Translations under genes and position numbers: made by a program
From: an uncultured Gammaproteobacteria bacterium
GTDB taxonomy: Bacteria; Patescibacteriota; Microgenomatia; UBA10105; UBA927
Direction: 5' to 3'
Length of the DNA stretch: 64,000 nt
NCBI GenBank assembly: GCA_964629685.1
Contig: CAZVTT010000003.1
Location: 22,038 to 86,037 of the forward strand
The notes under the pieces: generated by a model
What the model was told of the DNA's origin: nothing
Databases searched by the model: none
What the model saw: only the letters and a program-made list of their open reading frames with translations
In this document: positions 1-10,776 of the stretch, one piece after another
Layout of the letters: each line of letters begins with the position of its first letter
Position numbering within the stretch: position 1 is the first letter of the stretch

Positions 1-61
1 ATACACACCAGTATCAGGATACCCACCCCTATCCGCCAAACCGAAACAATTCTTTTGGATT

Positions 62-1579
62 TCATATCGTCTCTTCGGCTATAAACGTTTCTACATTCGT
101 ACTACAGGCAGATCTGATATCCACCGGTAACGCCGTGCACCAGAATTCCGCAGCAGCATATCCTTTCCAATCGTACATCTGTCGCACTATTTCCGTATAG
201 CATACTGTGCGTTCCGTACCTTTTGGCAGTACCGCACAATCCGGCATGATTTCCGCGGGTTTGGTCGTTTCACTGATCCGTGCAAGAAAATATCCTTCCA
301 ATGCACCGCGAACACACGTATGTCGAAGCGTATCCGGTACTGTGTCACATTCTGCTAAAACCGGCCGCAGATCACGAAGGTTGCGCTCCCGCACTATCAT
401 AGAAACCACATTGTGTACTAATGGGAGTGCACTCGTATGCAAATCCCGTTCAATCAACTCCAATGCTGCCGGTATTTGTCCCTGTGCCAAATACAAGGTT
501 AACCCTACAAAAGACATCCGGCACGCTGTGTGATAATGCGCGTGCAGTGTCGTACAGATGGCAAAGGGATGCCGCTTTACCTCCTCAGTCAAAGGATATT
601 GTCCACCCGTAATGAGCGACGCCAGCCCGTCTATCACGCCACTGGCACAGTTCTCCCGTTTAATCGAATCAGCGGAAGCTGATTCACATACGGTTATGCC
701 CTGGGGAACCAGTTTCCATGGGTCTGACGTACCCGGTAACTCATGCGCAATCACCGCGCCATGACCAATGCCATGATAACAACTGGCGATCAATTGCCCC
801 TGATTCAGCTCATCAGTAATGCCGTCACACAGTGCACGCGCCCGTGAGAGATTATCCCCGGTTCCGATCATTAACTCCATATACCCGTGAAAAAATCCGT
901 AATCACACATCCGGTAATCCACCTTCCCCGGCAGTGCTCCCTGCCATTTACGGGACAGGAACACTTCCCGCCCGATGACATGCGCTAAATCATGACATAC
1001 CTGCGCAAAATCAGCATTCCCCCGCCGTGCTTCAATATAAGAAAATGCTGCAGCTATGCCCTGACTTTTCACCCGTTGTCTGATTTCCCGTTCCCAACAC
1101 GCCGCGCGGATATCCGTACTCACCACATCACAATCGTGTGTATCCTTCCGTAGTCCTACAAGGGTGAAGACGGATTGCAGCGGCGCACGCAACTGTTCCC
1201 ACCAAGACGTATGCACGATAACAGTACCGGTAAACTGCGGAGACAAATGATCATGGTACCGCCACGATCCGGAACTGGTAAAGCGGAACGTATACGCATC
1301 AGACGCATTCACGGGCCCTTTCGCATCAAACTCCGGATACACTAAATGACTGGGATGTAAATTGGAAGCAGGCCAAAAATCTTTCTCTCTATCGGTACGG
1401 AACGTAATCGATTCTCCTACCCGAATAGAGACTAAACGTGGCTCAAATCCGGTTGCAGTTAACAGAATAGTGGTAGTCCGTGAAGCTTGTTTTAGCACGA
1501 ATGCCATCAGCAAAACACAAACGACTGCACTTCCGATTGGGATTACCAGACGATTCCGATTCTTCATGATCCACATCAT
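62..1579 (-). CDS. Membrane-anchored Cys/His-rich repeat protein (CH family) with N-terminal cupredoxin_1-like domain
   Basis: 505-aa ORF. N-terminal hydrophobic anchor (VIPIGSAVVCVLLMAFVL). Cupredoxin_1-like pattern GFEPRLVSIRVGESITF..WPASNLHPSHLVYPEFD..TFRFTSSGSWRYHDH. CH motifs follow: VCHDLAHVIG, MCDYGFFHGYME, SCYHGIGHG. 5-nt gap to upstream gene. Confidence 0.6.
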   Translation of the reverse strand: MMWIMKNRNRLVIPIGSAVVCVLLMAFVLKQASRTTTILLTATGFEPRLVSIRVGESITFRTDREKDFWPASNLHPSHLVYPEFDAKGPVNASDAYTFRFTSSGSWRYHDHLSPQFTGTVIVHTSWWEQLRAPLQSVFTLVGLRKDTHDCDVVSTDIRAACWEREIRQRVKSQGIAAAFSYIEARRGNADFAQVCHDLAHVIGREVFLSRKWQGALPGKVDYRMCDYGFFHGYMELMIGTGDNLSRARALCDGITDELNQGQLIASCYHGIGHGAVIAHELPGTSDPWKLVPQGITVCESASADSIKRENCASGVIDGLASLITGGQYPLTEEVKRHPFAICTTLHAHYHTACRMSFVGLTLYLAQGQIPAALELIERDLHTSALPLVHNVVSMIVRERNLRDLRPVLAECDTVPDTLRHTCVRGALEGYFLARISETTKPAEIMPDCAVLPKGTERTVCYTEIVRQMYDWKGYAAAEFWCTALPVDIRSACSTNVETFIAEETI

Positions 1580-1584
1580 TCGTT

Positions 1585-2628
1585 TCAGGGCACATCAGGA
1601 CTAAGTAAATCCGCATCTTTACGGCATAGCGATACGTCGTTGGGCGGCAAAGCGGCACAGACGGCATTTGCTTGTGCCGTGTAGTCAGGATGTGCAAAAA
1701 AACTCCATGATGCGCCGGCATAACACCATCGTCTGGATATGGCAGCGGAAATGGTATTGCAGGCGGATATGGCTTTATTCAGGTCATATTGTACGTGCGG
1801 TACCAACGCAAGCCCCAAACCGCGGTAACACTCCCGTTTATTTCCGGATTCCGGTATTCCACTGCACAATGCGTCTATTTTGGGCATATCCGCGGCCAAC
1901 GCATCATAGTACCAGGCTGCCAGTTCCAAATAACAGGATTTGGCAAACCGGCTATCCACACCCGTACAGGGAGCGTATGGCTCAGAAGGCGTAAACGTCC
2001 GCGTCGTAGTTAACGCTTTCGCGCCCGTCACCATCGTCGGATAGTTATACTCCATAAATACACCGCCGCTACACCCAAACCGCTCACCCTGCCACGATAA
2101 TTGACCACAGACGGCCAGTTGCTCAGAAAGTCTCCCCGGTCCGTAATATTCACCCAGTCCGTGACCGATACCATGCGGACACCCCAGTCCCATCAATCCG
2201 AATTTTTCCACGCACATTTTATCAAACCGAACTAACGTCTCCGGTCCGCCTGCGGCAATCGCAGTTCCAAAAAACCCATGGTAACACCCGAATCCGTACG
2301 AATCATCACAAACGGACACCCCTTCTACACCCAAGACACGGTAAAGACTTTCCCCGAAAAGATGCGCCGACAAATGCTGTTGCTGTTGGGGAATATCGGC
2401 AATAGCCTGTTTTACCGTTGTATACGCTACCGGTGCTGTCTGCTCTGAAATAAGTTGTTTAAACATACGGCGGATAGACGAAACATCATCTCCTGCCAAT
2501 GCCGTTTTCAGTTCAGTCACGCTAACCGTCCGGGGGCGATTAAACCGGAAATACGCTACTCCTCCAAACAAAATCAACAAGAATACCACTATGCCGATTT
2601 TTACTGTACGTATTTGTGTCCGACGCAT
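1585..2628 (-). CDS. CH-family secreted Cys/His-rich repeat protein (subfamily D)
   Basis: Track ORF is 1585..2751. The likely start is the internal Met MRRTQIRTVKIGIVVFLLILFGG at 2628, 1 nt after the upstream stop, which yields an N-terminal signal anchor. Motifs HLFGESLYRVLGV, CDDSYGFGCYHGF, CPHGIGHG. Close paralog of 13453..14445. Confidence 0.6.
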   Translation of the reverse strand: MRRTQIRTVKIGIVVFLLILFGGVAYFRFNRPRTVSVTELKTALAGDDVSSIRRMFKQLISEQTAPVAYTTVKQAIADIPQQQQHLSAHLFGESLYRVLGVEGVSVCDDSYGFGCYHGFFGTAIAAGGPETLVRFDKMCVEKFGLMGLGCPHGIGHGLGEYYGPGRLSEQLAVCGQLSWQGERFGCSGGVFMEYNYPTMVTGAKALTTTRTFTPSEPYAPCTGVDSRFAKSCYLELAAWYYDALAADMPKIDALCSGIPESGNKRECYRGLGLALVPHVQYDLNKAISACNTISAAISRRWCYAGASWSFFAHPDYTAQANAVCAALPPNDVSLCRKDADLLSPDVP

Positions 2629-2629
2629 A

Positions 2630-4105
2630 TTATTCACAATATTTCTGTGCCATCGCCTTGGGTAATCCGGTACAAACCTGTTGGGGATACTTCGTCCCGT
2701 AAATCCTGCGCATGTACGACAACGTATGATCCAAACAATGCTCCTGTTCAACTGGAAGCATTGCCCGGGATTTGCAGTATGTTAGTGCTGAAACATATTC
2801 CGTTCCGGGACTCCCGTTATCCACCAGACTCTCTACAAATGTATCCAAACAAAACCCGGTTAATGAAGCAGATAACGCCTTACAACCGGTAATATACGTA
2901 TCCCAGTTCGTCTCTTTTACACTGGCAAATGCCAGTTCCTGAATAACCGTCCGCATTGCCCATTCCACGTACCGTTCCGGAACACGCTGTACTATGAACG
3001 TTTCTGCCTTTTTCATATCAGACTTATCACCCGTTTCCAGTCCCACACCCATTGCTTCATAACAAAATGGCTGGTACGTTTCCGGGACGGCAGGACAAAA
3101 CCAAAACGGATTATCTGCATATTCCACCGGTTTATACGGACTCACGGCATAATGCATCAACACGGCATTAAACATGCCGTTTACGCAATGCGCCCGTTTA
3201 TGCGTATCCAACGTCTCACATTCCGTAAATCCGGCAGCCAGCATCGCCGGCAATGTTTTCCAATCACTTACCGTATGCACACCCAGTAATTCCATAATGC
3301 CGTGACCCAACCCATGTATGCAGGCATGGGTAGCCAAGGGATATTCTGTAGCCAGTGTATTCTCCACGTCTGTACAAAACTGGCGTGCCCGATCTAGTCG
3401 CCTGTCTTGTGTCACGAACACTTCCAAAAATCCGTGAAAAAATCCGGCACCGCAGTACAGTGTTTCCGGAATCATCACTGCAGGTAAATCTTTCCGGTAC
3501 TGCAGATACGATTGCCCCCCTATCCGATGCGTATACGCGTTACACGACATCGCAAAATCCGGAACATCCGTATACAACGTTTTCACCAGTGCAAATGTAG
3601 ACCGAATGCCTTCGGTGCTTAACGTCTGGCGCAGTAACCGTTCCCAACAATTTTGCCGCTGATGTGGCTCAAGAGACAAACACGCCTCGCGGGTTATTTT
3701 CGGAGAACGGTCGGGTATCGGTTCCTGTTTCGGAATAACCTGAATGGTACCTACGTCTGGGGCATAACTCGATCCGATATGATTATGAAACCGCCAGTTA
3801 CCGACCTTATCAAACCGGTACGACCAGGTTTCTTTCGGACCAATGGCTCGTTTCGGATCAAAATCGGAATAAATCATGTGCGACGGGTGATCGTCGGAAG
3901 CCGGCCAATACGGCAATCCACGGGTAGAACTAAATTCTACCGTATCCCCTTCATGAATGATTAATAAGTCGGGTTCAAATCCCTGGTGTGTTAAAACCAC
4001 CCGTGGTGTGGTTTTCAGCCAATACAAATGCCAACCTGCCCATCCGCAAACAAGCAATAATATCAATACGAATCCTATACGAAATAATCGGCCAAAGTAT
4101 TTCAT
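2630..4105 (-). CDS. CH-family protein with N-terminal cupredoxin_1-like domain
   Basis: 491 aa. Anchor FRIGFVLILLLVCGWAGW. Cupredoxin-like GFEPDLLIIHEGDTVEF..WPASDDHPSHMIYSDFD..ETWSYRFDKVGNWRFHNH. Then CNAYTHRIG, YCGAGFFHGFLE, ACIHGLGHG. 3-nt gap to upstream gene. Confidence 0.6.
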   Translation of the reverse strand: MKYFGRLFRIGFVLILLLVCGWAGWHLYWLKTTPRVVLTHQGFEPDLLIIHEGDTVEFSSTRGLPYWPASDDHPSHMIYSDFDPKRAIGPKETWSYRFDKVGNWRFHNHIGSSYAPDVGTIQVIPKQEPIPDRSPKITREACLSLEPHQRQNCWERLLRQTLSTEGIRSTFALVKTLYTDVPDFAMSCNAYTHRIGGQSYLQYRKDLPAVMIPETLYCGAGFFHGFLEVFVTQDRRLDRARQFCTDVENTLATEYPLATHACIHGLGHGIMELLGVHTVSDWKTLPAMLAAGFTECETLDTHKRAHCVNGMFNAVLMHYAVSPYKPVEYADNPFWFCPAVPETYQPFCYEAMGVGLETGDKSDMKKAETFIVQRVPERYVEWAMRTVIQELAFASVKETNWDTYITGCKALSASLTGFCLDTFVESLVDNGSPGTEYVSALTYCKSRAMLPVEQEHCLDHTLSYMRRIYGTKYPQQVCTGLPKAMAQKYCE

Positions 4106-4108
4106 GAA

Positions 4109-5296
4109 TTACTGCGCACAGGCAGCTTGCCACTGTGGCGGCAATACTGCACAAAGCTGTTGCTTTTCCGGAGCATCCGGACGGAAATTATAGTTCGCCA
4201 TTTTTGCCAGTTCCTCATAGCAGGCTTCCTTCACGGAAGCAATTTTTGCATGGTCACAAATATCTACGCCTTTGGCCACGTTTTTATAATCTATTTCCAT
4301 AAATCTGGTCGCGGCATCACTAAAACATAACGGCTGATGCGCTACCGGTAATCCGCTGCAAAAATCACTCACCACACCTACATCCAGATTTAAACGCGGC
4401 ACAATCACATACACCATAGCCCGGTAACACCGTTCGTTTTCAACACCCGAGAGATAAGAACAGAACGATACTAACCCCTCCGGCGTCTGTAACTCGTTTA
4501 CATGGAGTGGCCATCCTTCACTCCAGCATGAACCATGCGCTTTTCCGGTATAGGCAGCACAAAAATTCCGATGTTTCTCTACGGTAATTTCCTTCCCTTT
4601 AATCAACGCAAAATCTTCAGGTTCCAACGGCTGGAAGAGTTGCATAAATACCCCGTCGTAACACAGCTGCGAGTAATCCCTGTCCGGTCCTTTTACCACC
4701 AATTCGTCACACAACGCCAAAGCTTTTGGAATTTCCGCGTTTACGACATACATCAGCAGATGCCCGACAGCATGGTAACAACTCCCCTGCTCTATACCCG
4801 AAGGACTCCAGGAACCCCGTGCTTCACACACATCGGACAATTCATGTTTTAATTGTTGAATTTGTGCCTCCGACTCAATTTTATCGGAACGGAACCGTTC
4901 CTGAAATGCACCGTGGACGCACCCGTTGGAACATACCCCGCTGGGACACCGGGTAATCACATCTTTCCAGTTTTGCGGATTCTTCAGGGTTTCAATTGCC
5001 GATAATTTATGACCCAGTACATGACAATATCCGTAGGAAGCGTCCTGTTCCTGAATATATTTCGTTACCATAAACGCGTCTTCCATGGAAATCTTCCGCA
5101 TGAGTAGTGGTATCTCCGTGTCATAACACGACGGGTGATACGGTGAGGTTGCACATTTTTCTACGACCATCACCGCCAATTGCCGTAACGGTTGATTTCC
5201 GATTGGGGTAATTCCCATGTATCGGATTACCATAATCGAAACCAGACAGGTCAGCAGTACGATCAGACTTCCTTTTATAAGATATGTGTGTTTCAT
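4109..5296 (-). CDS. CH-family secreted Cys/His-rich repeat protein (subfamily B)
   Basis: Track ORF is 4109..5392. The likely start is MKHTYLIKGSLIVLLTCLVSIMVI at 5296, 1 nt after the upstream stop. Motifs YGYCHVLGHKLS, CSNGCVHGAFQERF, SCYHAVGHLL. Paralog of 8000..9229 (PSCYDTEIPLLM vs ADCYDKEIPKLM). Confidence 0.6.
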   Translation of the reverse strand: MKHTYLIKGSLIVLLTCLVSIMVIRYMGITPIGNQPLRQLAVMVVEKCATSPYHPSCYDTEIPLLMRKISMEDAFMVTKYIQEQDASYGYCHVLGHKLSAIETLKNPQNWKDVITRCPSGVCSNGCVHGAFQERFRSDKIESEAQIQQLKHELSDVCEARGSWSPSGIEQGSCYHAVGHLLMYVVNAEIPKALALCDELVVKGPDRDYSQLCYDGVFMQLFQPLEPEDFALIKGKEITVEKHRNFCAAYTGKAHGSCWSEGWPLHVNELQTPEGLVSFCSYLSGVENERCYRAMVYVIVPRLNLDVGVVSDFCSGLPVAHQPLCFSDAATRFMEIDYKNVAKGVDICDHAKIASVKEACYEELAKMANYNFRPDAPEKQQLCAVLPPQWQAACAQ

Positions 5297-5297
5297 A

Positions 5298-6476
5298 TTA
5301 TTCGCACGCATCCTGATACCGTTGTGGTGCCAATGAGCAAATTTCTTTGGCTTTGTTCTCACTATAGCGTTGTTTGGCGAAATGTAAGACATTCACGTAA
5401 CATGCATCCTGCTCAGAGTCGGTCAATAACTCATTTCCGCAAAATGCAAAACCGGATTCATATTCGCGATCTACCACCCCACCGAACTGCACTGCACCAT
5501 GACCAAGACCCGTAATACAAGGTGCTATCAAATCCGGACGGCGTTCCCGACAAACAGGTATCAATGTGGCCGCCGGCGCCTGATCCGGAATAAATCGCAC
5601 ACTATCATCTGCTATCGTCATCATGGCAATATCAGCGTATTCCCGTTCCGCATATCGCTCAACGAACGAAGCTGCCTTTTTCAGATTATATTCGCCCAAC
5701 CATAATACTGCCGGCATCAGATCACGGTAACACGCACCTTTATATTTTTCCGGCTGTTCCCGACAAATCCACATGGGATCATTTGCCCGCATTTTTACGC
5801 CGGCGAGTCCGTTATAGTAGGCCAAAGACAACGAATCGAAAACACCCGTCGCGCAACGCAACAATTGTTCGGGGTCGTTCGGATCCACTACTTTTTCACA
5901 TAACGCGAGTGCCGGATCAACGATTTTATGTTCATCGCCCCAATTCTTCGGTTCATGCACATTCGCCCATCCATGACCGATCCCATGAAAACAGGCATAA
6001 TACGCATCGGGAATTTTGTCCTTTAACTTCTTCCCCACTTCCACACAAAACGCGCGGGCTTGAGTAGGATCACCACTACGGATAACCAACGTTTCCATAA
6101 ATCCGTGATAAAACCCAAATGAACAATACGCAGTTTTTTCATTTAAATCAAACGGTTTTCCGCGGGCAAACAATTCATACGCACGCAATCCTATTTTATG
6201 TGTTACGTCATGACAGGTATCCACAAAGCGTTTATCTTTCGCATTCAACTCGCCCATGAGTGTCAACGCCATGGCCACCCCATGAGTTTTTAATACCTTT
6301 TCAAATAACGACTGCCAACAACTGAGCAACGCGGATTTTTCCGTTTGCTGACAGGTAGTAATCCACGCCGGATCAAACGCAGTCCGTTGATCTTCGTTTC
6401 TGATAAACCAGCCCAGCATCCCCGCAATCAGTAGCAATAAAGCACTCAGGAATAATACCTTCAGTTTACGATTCAT
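5298..6476 (-). CDS. CH-family secreted Cys/His-rich repeat protein (subfamily C)
   Basis: 392 aa. Signal anchor VLFLSALLLLIAGMLGWF. Motifs TCHDVTHKIG, YCSFGFYHGFMETLV, ACFHGIGHG, CITGLGHG. Close paralog of 12251..13402. Confidence 0.6.
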   Translation of the reverse strand: MNRKLKVLFLSALLLLIAGMLGWFIRNEDQRTAFDPAWITTCQQTEKSALLSCWQSLFEKVLKTHGVAMALTLMGELNAKDKRFVDTCHDVTHKIGLRAYELFARGKPFDLNEKTAYCSFGFYHGFMETLVIRSGDPTQARAFCVEVGKKLKDKIPDAYYACFHGIGHGWANVHEPKNWGDEHKIVDPALALCEKVVDPNDPEQLLRCATGVFDSLSLAYYNGLAGVKMRANDPMWICREQPEKYKGACYRDLMPAVLWLGEYNLKKAASFVERYAEREYADIAMMTIADDSVRFIPDQAPAATLIPVCRERRPDLIAPCITGLGHGAVQFGGVVDREYESGFAFCGNELLTDSEQDACYVNVLHFAKQRYSENKAKEICSLAPQRYQDACE

Positions 6477-6488
6477 ACCGATGTATAT

Positions 6489-8069
6489 TTATTCATCCAA
6501 ATCTGACGTAAATACATATATCATCCTATCTCCCATATCCAACGGAATATGCCGAACCGGACGGTATTGCGGGTACGAGAGGGCTGCGTCCTCCAGACAT
6601 TGCTTCGCCATAAATTCCGCCGGATATCGCAGACAGACCACATACCGCCTGCCCCCGGGTACCATTTCCACCACATTAAACCCGTCCGGTACGACCTTAA
6701 GCACCTGTTTTCCCGTTATCGTTTCAATCCAATACAAAAATGCTAAATGATCGTTTGTCATTTCTCCCGGGGCCAGCACGGATACCGTATATGCGGAAGT
6801 ACCGGGCAATGGATTTTGCCGTACATCAGTCAGAATATATTCGGCTGTTTTGCGGGTAACACCGAATTGATCCGCGACAGGTTTCGTAAACACGGGAGGC
6901 TGCATCAACAGGAAGAAGAAAAATCCACCGGCAATAAGCACACCAATCTTCCCGATTCCCTGTCGCTGATGATGCCAGGCGCTTACCATAATGCCGGCAA
7001 TCCCGAGTAAGAGTATCGGTTGAATTATGTGTACGTCGTGATCATGCGGCAAGCGGCCTAATCCCAACGCAAATGTCAGGTAATACAACACCAGAATACC
7101 GGTTACGATCAGGTTACGCCGATACCGGCGAATACCCTCCCAGGAAAACAGACCGAATACGGTTAACGCGGTGGCGGCCACAATCGAACGTTGTTGGTCA
7201 TAAAAAAATAGATCGGTAAACGTCACTGCTAAGGGTTTCCAGAACTCAAGCACCGACGCAAAGGCAAACCGGACATGGTGCGTAAAGAGAAACGCCCCTA
7301 CGACCCGAATAACGCCGAAATGCCACATCAGCGGTGCAAACAACACCATCCCGAAAAACACAAATACTCCGGTAGTAATCATCCGTTGACGGGTATGTTT
7401 GGCAGCAATAATATCAAGCATCCATGCCAACGGTAAAAAAATCAAAATGCCGTAAAACCAACTGCTTAAAAGTACCAGTGCCGCATGTAATCCCCAACGC
7501 AGCGGCACATGCCGTTGCCGGTAACTGACGACGTACCCCCAGAATACAAACAGCAATACCGGTACCAACACATATGGGGGTGTCGTAACCTGCGATATGT
7601 TTACCATCCGCGATGATGCAACAAACAGCGCAGCCGCTACTATCCCCACCAACGGGTGTGCCAGCATCGTCCCCAGCGCAAACAGCGGCAACACCGCTGC
7701 GGCATGTAGCGCGGACGCCAATGCAGCGACAATGACCGGATCAACGGAAAAAAACTTAACAACCGCCATCAGGTAGTAAAAATACGGCGGATAATAAAAT
7801 GCCGGAGATAGTCCGGTAGCCGGATGTCCGACAATAGGCAGTTCCCCATACCGAATAATGTGCTCACTCACAATATGATCTGCGGCTACGTCTCCCCACC
7901 ACCCCATGGTTTCCGGGAGCCGATACCATCGCAACACCAAAGCACAGACAAATAACACGAAAAGCACTCCCAGGTATATCCGGGATATCTGCCGTACCGC
8001 TATTTTGCTGTGGTGTTGGTCTGATTTCGTAGGCATTGTTGTTCCCAAACTGGCGGCAACGCGCCACAA
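6489..8069 (-). CDS. Polytopic membrane protein, GT-C-like architecture (putative lipid-carrier glycosyltransferase), embedded in the CH array
   Basis: 526 aa with 12 or more hydrophobic segments and a C-terminal soluble domain. The first 70 nt overlap the 3' end of 8000..9229, so the real start may be the Met at 8036. Family not assignable by eye. Confidence 0.45.
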   Translation of the reverse strand: MWRVAASLGTTMPTKSDQHHSKIAVRQISRIYLGVLFVLFVCALVLRWYRLPETMGWWGDVAADHIVSEHIIRYGELPIVGHPATGLSPAFYYPPYFYYLMAVVKFFSVDPVIVAALASALHAAAVLPLFALGTMLAHPLVGIVAAALFVASSRMVNISQVTTPPYVLVPVLLFVFWGYVVSYRQRHVPLRWGLHAALVLLSSWFYGILIFLPLAWMLDIIAAKHTRQRMITTGVFVFFGMVLFAPLMWHFGVIRVVGAFLFTHHVRFAFASVLEFWKPLAVTFTDLFFYDQQRSIVAATALTVFGLFSWEGIRRYRRNLIVTGILVLYYLTFALGLGRLPHDHDVHIIQPILLLGIAGIMVSAWHHQRQGIGKIGVLIAGGFFFFLLMQPPVFTKPVADQFGVTRKTAEYILTDVRQNPLPGTSAYTVSVLAPGEMTNDHLAFLYWIETITGKQVLKVVPDGFNVVEMVPGGRRYVVCLRYPAEFMAKQCLEDAALSYPQYRPVRHIPLDMGDRMIYVFTSDLDE

Positions 8070-9229
8070 TATTGTTGTTGCACTGCCGATCCCGGATCAA
8101 AATTAATTTGACCCTGATAGGAAATCGCTTCATAACAGGCGGTTGCCACCTGTGACGCTTCTCCCAGAGCGCATACGTCGCGCGCCCGTGAAACTTCACG
8201 TAACGGATCAATTTGAATCAGCCGTAACGCGACACCGGTAAGACACAAACCCCGGCGCGACAGCGGAATGCCGTTACAATATGCTTCAATTCTGCTCATG
8301 GCATCCGACTGTTCAAACGATTCCACGGTTATGTAATTCAATACACTCATATAACAATCCGTGAGTATGTCTTCCGTCGTTGCATAAGAACAGAATGACA
8401 CCAGTTTTTTAGGATCCCGCAGCGTTTCCCGGAACACAAAAAATGATTCTCTCCTGCACACCCACCAGTGTTCTTTATATCCGTCACAAAATGCCGGAAT
8501 ATCTTCGTCCTTCGGTCGTATATCCTTTACGATGGCCACATCTTCGGGATCGGTTGCCTGAAACACGGTCATAAATATCCCCTGAATGCAGGTGGAAAGA
8601 TAATTCCGGCCATCCGCTTTTATGCTGATTTTTTCGCAAACGTCTATCGCTTTTTCCGGAACACCGCCGGTTATATACAACGTCGTGTGTCCCAGTCCGT
8701 GATAGCACATCGATTTCTCCACTTCATGCGGCGTATACCCCGGGCGGGCCTCACACACGTCTGAAAGATCGGGAATTACTGCCGCTATCTGTTCATCCGT
8801 CAGCACGTCACCGCGGAATTTTTCCGAAAGCGACCCATGCAGACAGCCGTAGTTGCACATGGATAACGGACACCGGCTTAACACATCTTTCCAATATGTT
8901 TTATTCTTTTTCGTTTCCGTGTAACTCAGTTGATGTCCCAGTAAATGGCAATAGACATATTGTGGATCACGATCCTGCACCAACTTTGTCACTTCAAAAG
9001 CCTGTTCCATCGTCAGAAAATCCATAAGTTTGGGAATTTCTTTATCGTAACAATCGGCCCGATACCCCCTATCCTTACACGCAGCGATCATCTGATCGGC
9101 ATATTCGGAGATTGTTTTTGTTTTCGGCTTTCTGCCGGAAAACATCAGTAGTCCTTCCGCCACCACAAAAAACAACAGGAGAAAAACAAGAAACGGTTTT
9201 AGCGGAAAATGTCTGCCGGATTTATGCAT
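8000..9229 (-). CDS. CH-family secreted Cys/His-rich repeat protein (subfamily B)
   Basis: 409 aa. Anchor LKPFLVFLLLFFVVAEGLLMF. Motifs YVYCHLLGHQLS, CNYGCLHGSLSEKF, MCYHGLGHT. 14-nt gap to upstream gene. Confidence 0.6.
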   Translation of the reverse strand: MHKSGRHFPLKPFLVFLLLFFVVAEGLLMFSGRKPKTKTISEYADQMIAACKDRGYRADCYDKEIPKLMDFLTMEQAFEVTKLVQDRDPQYVYCHLLGHQLSYTETKKNKTYWKDVLSRCPLSMCNYGCLHGSLSEKFRGDVLTDEQIAAVIPDLSDVCEARPGYTPHEVEKSMCYHGLGHTTLYITGGVPEKAIDVCEKISIKADGRNYLSTCIQGIFMTVFQATDPEDVAIVKDIRPKDEDIPAFCDGYKEHWWVCRRESFFVFRETLRDPKKLVSFCSYATTEDILTDCYMSVLNYITVESFEQSDAMSRIEAYCNGIPLSRRGLCLTGVALRLIQIDPLREVSRARDVCALGEASQVATACYEAISYQGQINFDPGSAVQQQYCGALPPVWEQQCLRNQTNTTAK

Positions 9230-9243
9230 ACGCTGTACCCTAC

Positions 9244-10776
9244 CTACCGCGGCTCTTCACAATATGTCTGATACGCAACCGGAACCAGTGCACAGACCTG
9301 ATTCATTTTTGCCGTATCGTAAATGCCCCGGAACGTCCGTAACATGTTCTGATAACAATCGGTCTTATTCTCCGGCTTCAGTTCTGGTGAAGCACAAAAT
9401 TTTAATCCTTTTACGTATTCCATCCCCGGTTCCCCGTGTGCTGCAAACCCGCCGGAAATTCCTTTCAGGCATTCGGACGACAGCCGGGATTCCAATTTAT
9501 AACAATCGCGCAATAAATACGTATGATCGTCCTTCACGATTGCCTGCTGCATAATACCGGCAGCCACGGAATTCATTACCATTCCCGCCAGTTCATCTTC
9601 CTTAATCGTTTTGGTATATTTATCGGCAATAGTAACCAAATCATTATTTCCGAACGGACTGATGATCATGGACATTTCGTAATAGCAGGCATGTTTATAC
9701 GCATAGGTGGTCATCTGTTCACAGACTTTAAACGGACGGACAGGATCAACTTTTAAGCCGTAAATTTCCCGCGTATACCAGTTGGCCAATACATTAAACA
9801 CTCCCTGTTCGCACTCCCGGCGTTCAATAGAATCCTGGGTCACCTGACTACACACTTCCAGCGGATGCGTCACGATCGCCACGTCGTTCCCCCACTGATC
9901 CTGAGGCGGCGGATCAGGCATAAAACCGTGTCCGATACTGTGGTAGCAATTCTTACGGATTACCGGCATCTCGGTAGATTTGGTAGACAGATAGTCACAA
10001 AATTCTTTTGCCAAATTTACATCCGGATCGTCCCGTAACATATGTTCTATAAACCCGTGATAAAATCCGTATCCGCAGGCAATCGACTCCGGTGTCCAGT
10101 CTATTTTCCGGAAATCCCGGGTTTTGGCATACTGGTTATACACTACTTCTCCGATCCGGTGTGCCTGTAAATGGCACCCGCTTCCGGCAAATACTTTATC
10201 CGTCTGATACAGCCTGGTAAATTCGGCAAACGCCCCTTTTATGCCGCGGGTGTCCAACGCATCGCTGAGCAATAGGTCCCAGCATTGTTCCCGTTGGTTT
10301 CCTACCAACATTTCCGGTTTGGTACAGTCAAACGGTTCAGCATTCGTAGCCGGATCTACCACGGTAATACGACCCAGATTAAACGGCCGGATATGATCGT
10401 GGTATTGCCAGATTCCTATTTCATCAAACGTAAATGACCAGGATTCCTGCGGGTCAATCGGCTTTTTCGAATCAAAAGCAGCATAGGTATTGTGATAGGG
10501 ATGCGGATTGGATGCCGGCCAAAATGGTTTATTTACTTTGGTGACAAACGTCACCGTTCCGCCTTTCTTCAACCGCACCTGTTTCGGTTCAAAACCACTC
10601 GCCGTTTCGGTAATAGTTACTGCATCAATGGGAATATTCGCAACTGTTTTTTGACGCCGAAGATATAGCCATCCCGCTAAAACAAGTACCCCGATAACCG
10701 TTCCCAAGCCAAAAAATAGCATCGACCGGAAAGGCCGATGAACTGATGTTTTAATACGGGACGGTTTTACTTTCAT
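9244..10776 (-). CDS. CH-family protein with N-terminal cupredoxin_1-like domain
   Basis: 510 aa. Anchor MLFFGLGTVIGVLVLAGWLYL. Cupredoxin-like GFEPKQVRLKKGGTVTF..WPASNPHPYHNTYAAFDS..ESWSFTFDEIGIWQYHDH. Then GCHLQAHRIG, CGYGFYHGFIE, NCYHSIGHG. Overlaps the next gene by 26 nt unless it starts at the Met at 10722. Confidence 0.6.
   Translation of the reverse strand: MKVKPSRIKTSVHRPFRSMLFFGLGTVIGVLVLAGWLYLRRQKTVANIPIDAVTITETASGFEPKQVRLKKGGTVTFVTKVNKPFWPASNPHPYHNTYAAFDSKKPIDPQESWSFTFDEIGIWQYHDHIRPFNLGRITVVDPATNAEPFDCTKPEMLVGNQREQCWDLLLSDALDTRGIKGAFAEFTRLYQTDKVFAGSGCHLQAHRIGEVVYNQYAKTRDFRKIDWTPESIACGYGFYHGFIEHMLRDDPDVNLAKEFCDYLSTKSTEMPVIRKNCYHSIGHGFMPDPPPQDQWGNDVAIVTHPLEVCSQVTQDSIERRECEQGVFNVLANWYTREIYGLKVDPVRPFKVCEQMTTYAYKHACYYEMSMIISPFGNNDLVTIADKYTKTIKEDELAGMVMNSVAAGIMQQAIVKDDHTYLLRDCYKLESRLSSECLKGISGGFAAHGEPGMEYVKGLKFCASPELKPENKTDCYQNMLRTFRGIYDTAKMNQVCALVPVAYQTYCEEPR

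Noticed and set aside
1585-2751. Upstream extensions of three array genes that overlap the preceding gene (2629..2751 of 1585..2751, 5297..5392 of 4109..5392, 14446..14541 of 13453..14541)
   Set aside because: In each case an internal Met lies 1 nt after the upstream stop and is followed immediately by a signal-anchor helix. The extension would overlap the upstream paralog by about 100 nt.
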